NCBI GenBank assembly: GCA_051294375.1
Contig: CM119270.1
Span: forward strand, 10,088,984-10,152,983
DNA: 64,000 nucleotides
From: Paraspadella gotoi
Taxonomy: Eukaryota; Animalia; Chaetognatha
Reading direction: 5' to 3'
Position numbers and translations under genes: made by a program. Within the stretch, counting starts at the first letter, position 1, and each line of letters opens with the position of its first letter. This document shows, one piece after another, positions 60,251 through 64,000 of the stretch. The notes beneath the pieces are model-generated. The model did not search any database. It saw only the letters and a list, made by a program, of their open reading frames with translations, and was not told the origin of the DNA.

Positions 60251-62624
60251 TTTTTTCCAACCGTGGCGTTGTGTTTATCGCGAGGGGCAAAAGTTTATGA
60301 TAAACACAAATCTTAATTTTTCCCTCTCGCTCTCAGTATCCTCCCACTCGCTCTCCCTTTTTTTACATCTATCTCTTTCTCCCCTTTGCGCGCGAGAGGA
60401 AATAAATTTCATTGGCAGGTAGTTGTCAAGTAAAGGGAATTTTTTTACAAAATTGGCATATTTTTCGAATTAACGTCAGGCGATGTTAGTTTGGTATGTC
60501 TTTTGAAGCAGGCGGCACGTAATTGTTTGATATACCCACAGATGGTAATATTTGAATAAAAATAAAATAAAAGTCAAGCTATTTCTCTGAAGCTTCTGGA
60601 GAAAAGGAGTGTTCCATTAAATAAAAAGAACATTTAAACACTTAAGTTTATAATTGACTGAACTCCCATTAGTATAATTAAATAAGTTTCACCTTAATAT
60701 CGCCATGCAAGATGAAATTAGGCGAAAGTGTAACAGCATAATTTTTTTTCTAGGGGTGGAGAGATGAAAAGAATAAGAGAACTGAAAAAAAATTGAAACT
60801 TTTGTAAAATATTTTTCAGACTTTTCATGAGGAATAATCTTTTATAAAGATTTAAAAAAAAATATTTTAAAAATGTATTATTTTATTATGGATTTTATTG
60901 ATGGTAAAGCCGAAATATGTCTGTATAATTAAGGGTATATATTAATTAAGGGTGGTTTTTGAAACTTTTTTCAATTCTACCGATGTTCTTTTTTATTTTT
61001 AGTGTAATATATACACATTATTGCTCGTAAGAGGCGTAAAATATATTACAGTGTGGCTGTATATTCACCCCGCCTCACATCCACCATCGACCAGCCAATA
61101 CTATTGGCTCAGAGGAGGAACGCACCATCCCAAACGTTGCATTCCATCCACAGTTCTAACGACTTTCCTCTGCGTTGACAGAGAGAGACCGTTTTAAGGT
61201 AACCGCGCCTGTGACAGGAGGCGTCACTGAGTGTCGAAAGCCCCCAAAGCTTACAGTGAGATGCTACATCCCAATGGGAAACACAGGCTACCCGGTTGTT
61301 GCCATAATAGATTAGAAAATCTTAAACAGTGCATTTTGGTTCCCATAAAATAAATTTCTAATTTGCCAATGAAATAAAAAATACAATTCTTATAATTAAT
61401 AAAATGCTTAATTTTTTCATGATTCTTATGAGTATCTTCAACCTAAGATTATGTACAATCAAACAAGTTTGAGCAAATAATGTCGAATATAATAAATATA
61501 ATAAAGCGGTAATCGGCTAATCAGATGATTAATCACGATAATTCTTTCAATTTATGATCCTAACTAATCAGAAGAGATCATACCACACCAAACCAATGGC
61601 TGGGCCAATACACGTAAATCGCTTGCAAGGGATTAAACTGAACTGTTACTATGGTACAAACAAATATTTTTTTAACTATTATCATTTTTCGACTTGCATC
61701 ATTTTTTTCACTTGCATAATTTTTTCAATTTGCATCATTTTTTTAACTGACATCATTTTTTCAACTCGCATCATTTTTTCACTTTAATTAGGGGGAGACT
61801 AACTCAGTAAGGTGGTTAAGAAATTGAATTCAGCACCTGCTCAAACGAAAATTTAGACATTTTTTAAAAAATTTGAATAGACAAAATTTTTTTATATTAC
61901 TCCATACTCCATATATTATTTTTTAAATATTTATTTATAAATAGGAAAGGCTAAAAATTTATTTTGGATTTTTTTATTTTTAAGATCAGATTCAAGTAGC
62001 TTGCAAAAAGTTGTCTATACAAAGTATAATTCTTTTTTCGATATTTTGATTATAAGTATGTGAAAAATATGAAAAACTATTTATAATCATCATCATCATT
62101 TTTCGATAATTTTATTACTTTTTCTTAATTTTGACCAAGAAAACATAAATATTTTCAAAAGTTGTAGTTAAATTTTTTATTTAACTTTTTATGCTCTATC
62201 AGAATCCATCAAAAAAGTTAAGATTGATTAAAAATTGTTTTTATCATTATATAGTAATATTATAATTTTAATAGCAACAATAAAAGCATTAAAATCGAAC
62301 TTTTTAAAAAAATTCTTTTTTTACCTAAAAGTAGACTTCAAGACTAAAGTTTTGAACCCCCGCCCCTATTGAATTTAATTTCATAGTAGATTTCTACTTT
62401 AATTAATTAATCAATCAATTAATTTATTAATTAATTTATTAATTAAAACTTTTATGAGTAGGAATTAGAGTGACGTAAAAATTATAAAATTTAAAAAAAT
62501 TAAAATTTAACAAATAAAACATAAAAATAAAAACTAATAAAAATACTTTGGTAAATTTATTTTGTAATTTTATACATTAGTGGGCACCAGTGAGCTATAT
62601 TTAATAATTATTTATATATAATAA

Positions 62625-62858
62625 AAGTATGTGGATAAGGCGCCAAGTGGGGTGAAGATGACTATCCTTAACTTCTATAACCCCCTCTAGCAGACATGGA
62701 ACGGGTCCTGGGTTTGGAAACAGGCTTGAGGGTTTGCCACACCCCCAAAGCGGCTTACGGCCGTCCTCACTCTTCCCGCAGGGTAAGTACCGGGTTGGGA
62801 TTGAACCCGGTACCTAGTGGTCATGAGCTGATGGTTTTACTCAATGAGCCACCGGGTC
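62625..62858 (-). mobile_element. tRNA-derived SINE
   Basis: Minus strand gacccggTGGCTCATTGAG (A box) ... GGGTTCAATCCC (B box) followed by a GC-rich body. Confidence 0.65.
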
Positions 62859-64000
62859 ACAACTGAAAGGGTTATGCTTATAGGCGGAGTGAACCGAGGC
62901 AATGCCCGACTACAAGTATATAATAGGCTAAAATTTTAAAATACAATTTTTTTTTAATTTAAAAATTTAAAGTTGATATAAGAAAGTATAATTCTTTTTT
63001 AAAAATTCTTTCAATAAGTTAGTCAAAAATGTAAAAAACTATATTTAAAACGCTGATTTTCAATTTCCAGCTTAAAAATATAGTTTTTTGTAATTTAACC
63101 TACTTAATAACATAATTTTTAAAAAGATTTATATTTTCTTCTATCAACTTTTAATGAGGAATTCTTAGAATTAAAAAATATTTGTAAAAAAAAAATAACT
63201 ACAGATTAGTATTCACTAATATAATAGTTTTTAAGATATTTAAGACATAAATAATAAAAATTCAAATCAACTGGACTTTTTTTATACATACTTATTTCCA
63301 CTCAATTCCATCGAAAGTTTATATCCTGCTTAATCCCACACTTTCCTACCCACACAAAATTTTATCTCATTCTATCAATCCAATTATGAATAATTCGATC
63401 AATATGGGTTAAAATTAGTAAAAAGATTTAAGTAATTGTGACTTATATTTTTTCCATTTAAACTCGCTCCACTGGCTTGATTCCATCGAAATACTATATC
63501 CAGCTTATTCACACACTTTCCTAACCACACACAAAAGTTCTTTCTAATTCTACTATCCAATCACGAGTATTTGGAGATTTTTGCTCAGTGGGACGGACGG
63601 CCGGACGGACGGACTGACATATATATTTTTTTTTGCATAATTTATCATAATTCAATGTTCTGACATAATTGTCATAATTGAGGGAGCGGACCGACGGACC
63701 GACGGACCGACGGACCGACAAAGTGGATTACAGAATCGGGATCTGCTAATAAGCAGATCCAACTTAAACAAGTTTGAGCAAACAATGTCGGATCTGCCTA
63801 CGATAATTAATTAATTAATTTAATTAATTAATTAATTAATTAGATTAATTAATTAATTAATATATTAATTATAATTTATATTCAGCTTGTCATCATCGAT
63901 GTCCTTAAAATTGAGTCAGGACAGTTATTAAATGTTTTGTTTACATTTTATCAAAACAAACAAATATCCTCTATTATCGAGCCAGGCGGGCAAAGCCCGT

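Overview
This is AT-rich animal (invertebrate-type) nuclear DNA with GC-rich coding exons, microsatellites and three N-gaps; it is not prokaryotic. Positions 1-12.5 kb hold the 3' part of a rootletin/CROCC gene on the + strand: 25 exons and about 1,900 codons, in frame across all junctions. Positions 18.4-25.0 kb hold a Patched (Hedgehog receptor) gene of about 2,169 aa. Its whole conserved body lies in one 5.8-kb exon, behind a ~650-aa low-complexity N-terminal extension, with GLI-type sites nearby. From 26 to 64 kb I could identify no protein-coding gene. That region is a mosaic of non-autonomous elements: hAT-like elements with target-site duplications (TSDs), DINE-1/HINE-like Helentron elements, tRNA-derived SINEs, foldback MITEs, and Penelope-like pseudo-LTR hairpins carrying minimal hammerhead ribozyme cores. 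Positions 33.4-52.4 kb form a dup-INV-dup structure that is probably a gap-filling assembly artefact. A CpG-rich probable first exon with GLI sites lies near 60.0-60.25 kb. All identifications come from reading motifs by eye; no database search was run. I see no firm evidence of a wholly new biological system. The best leads are the unusual Patched architecture, the hammerhead-bearing hairpin elements and the second GLI-site promoter.
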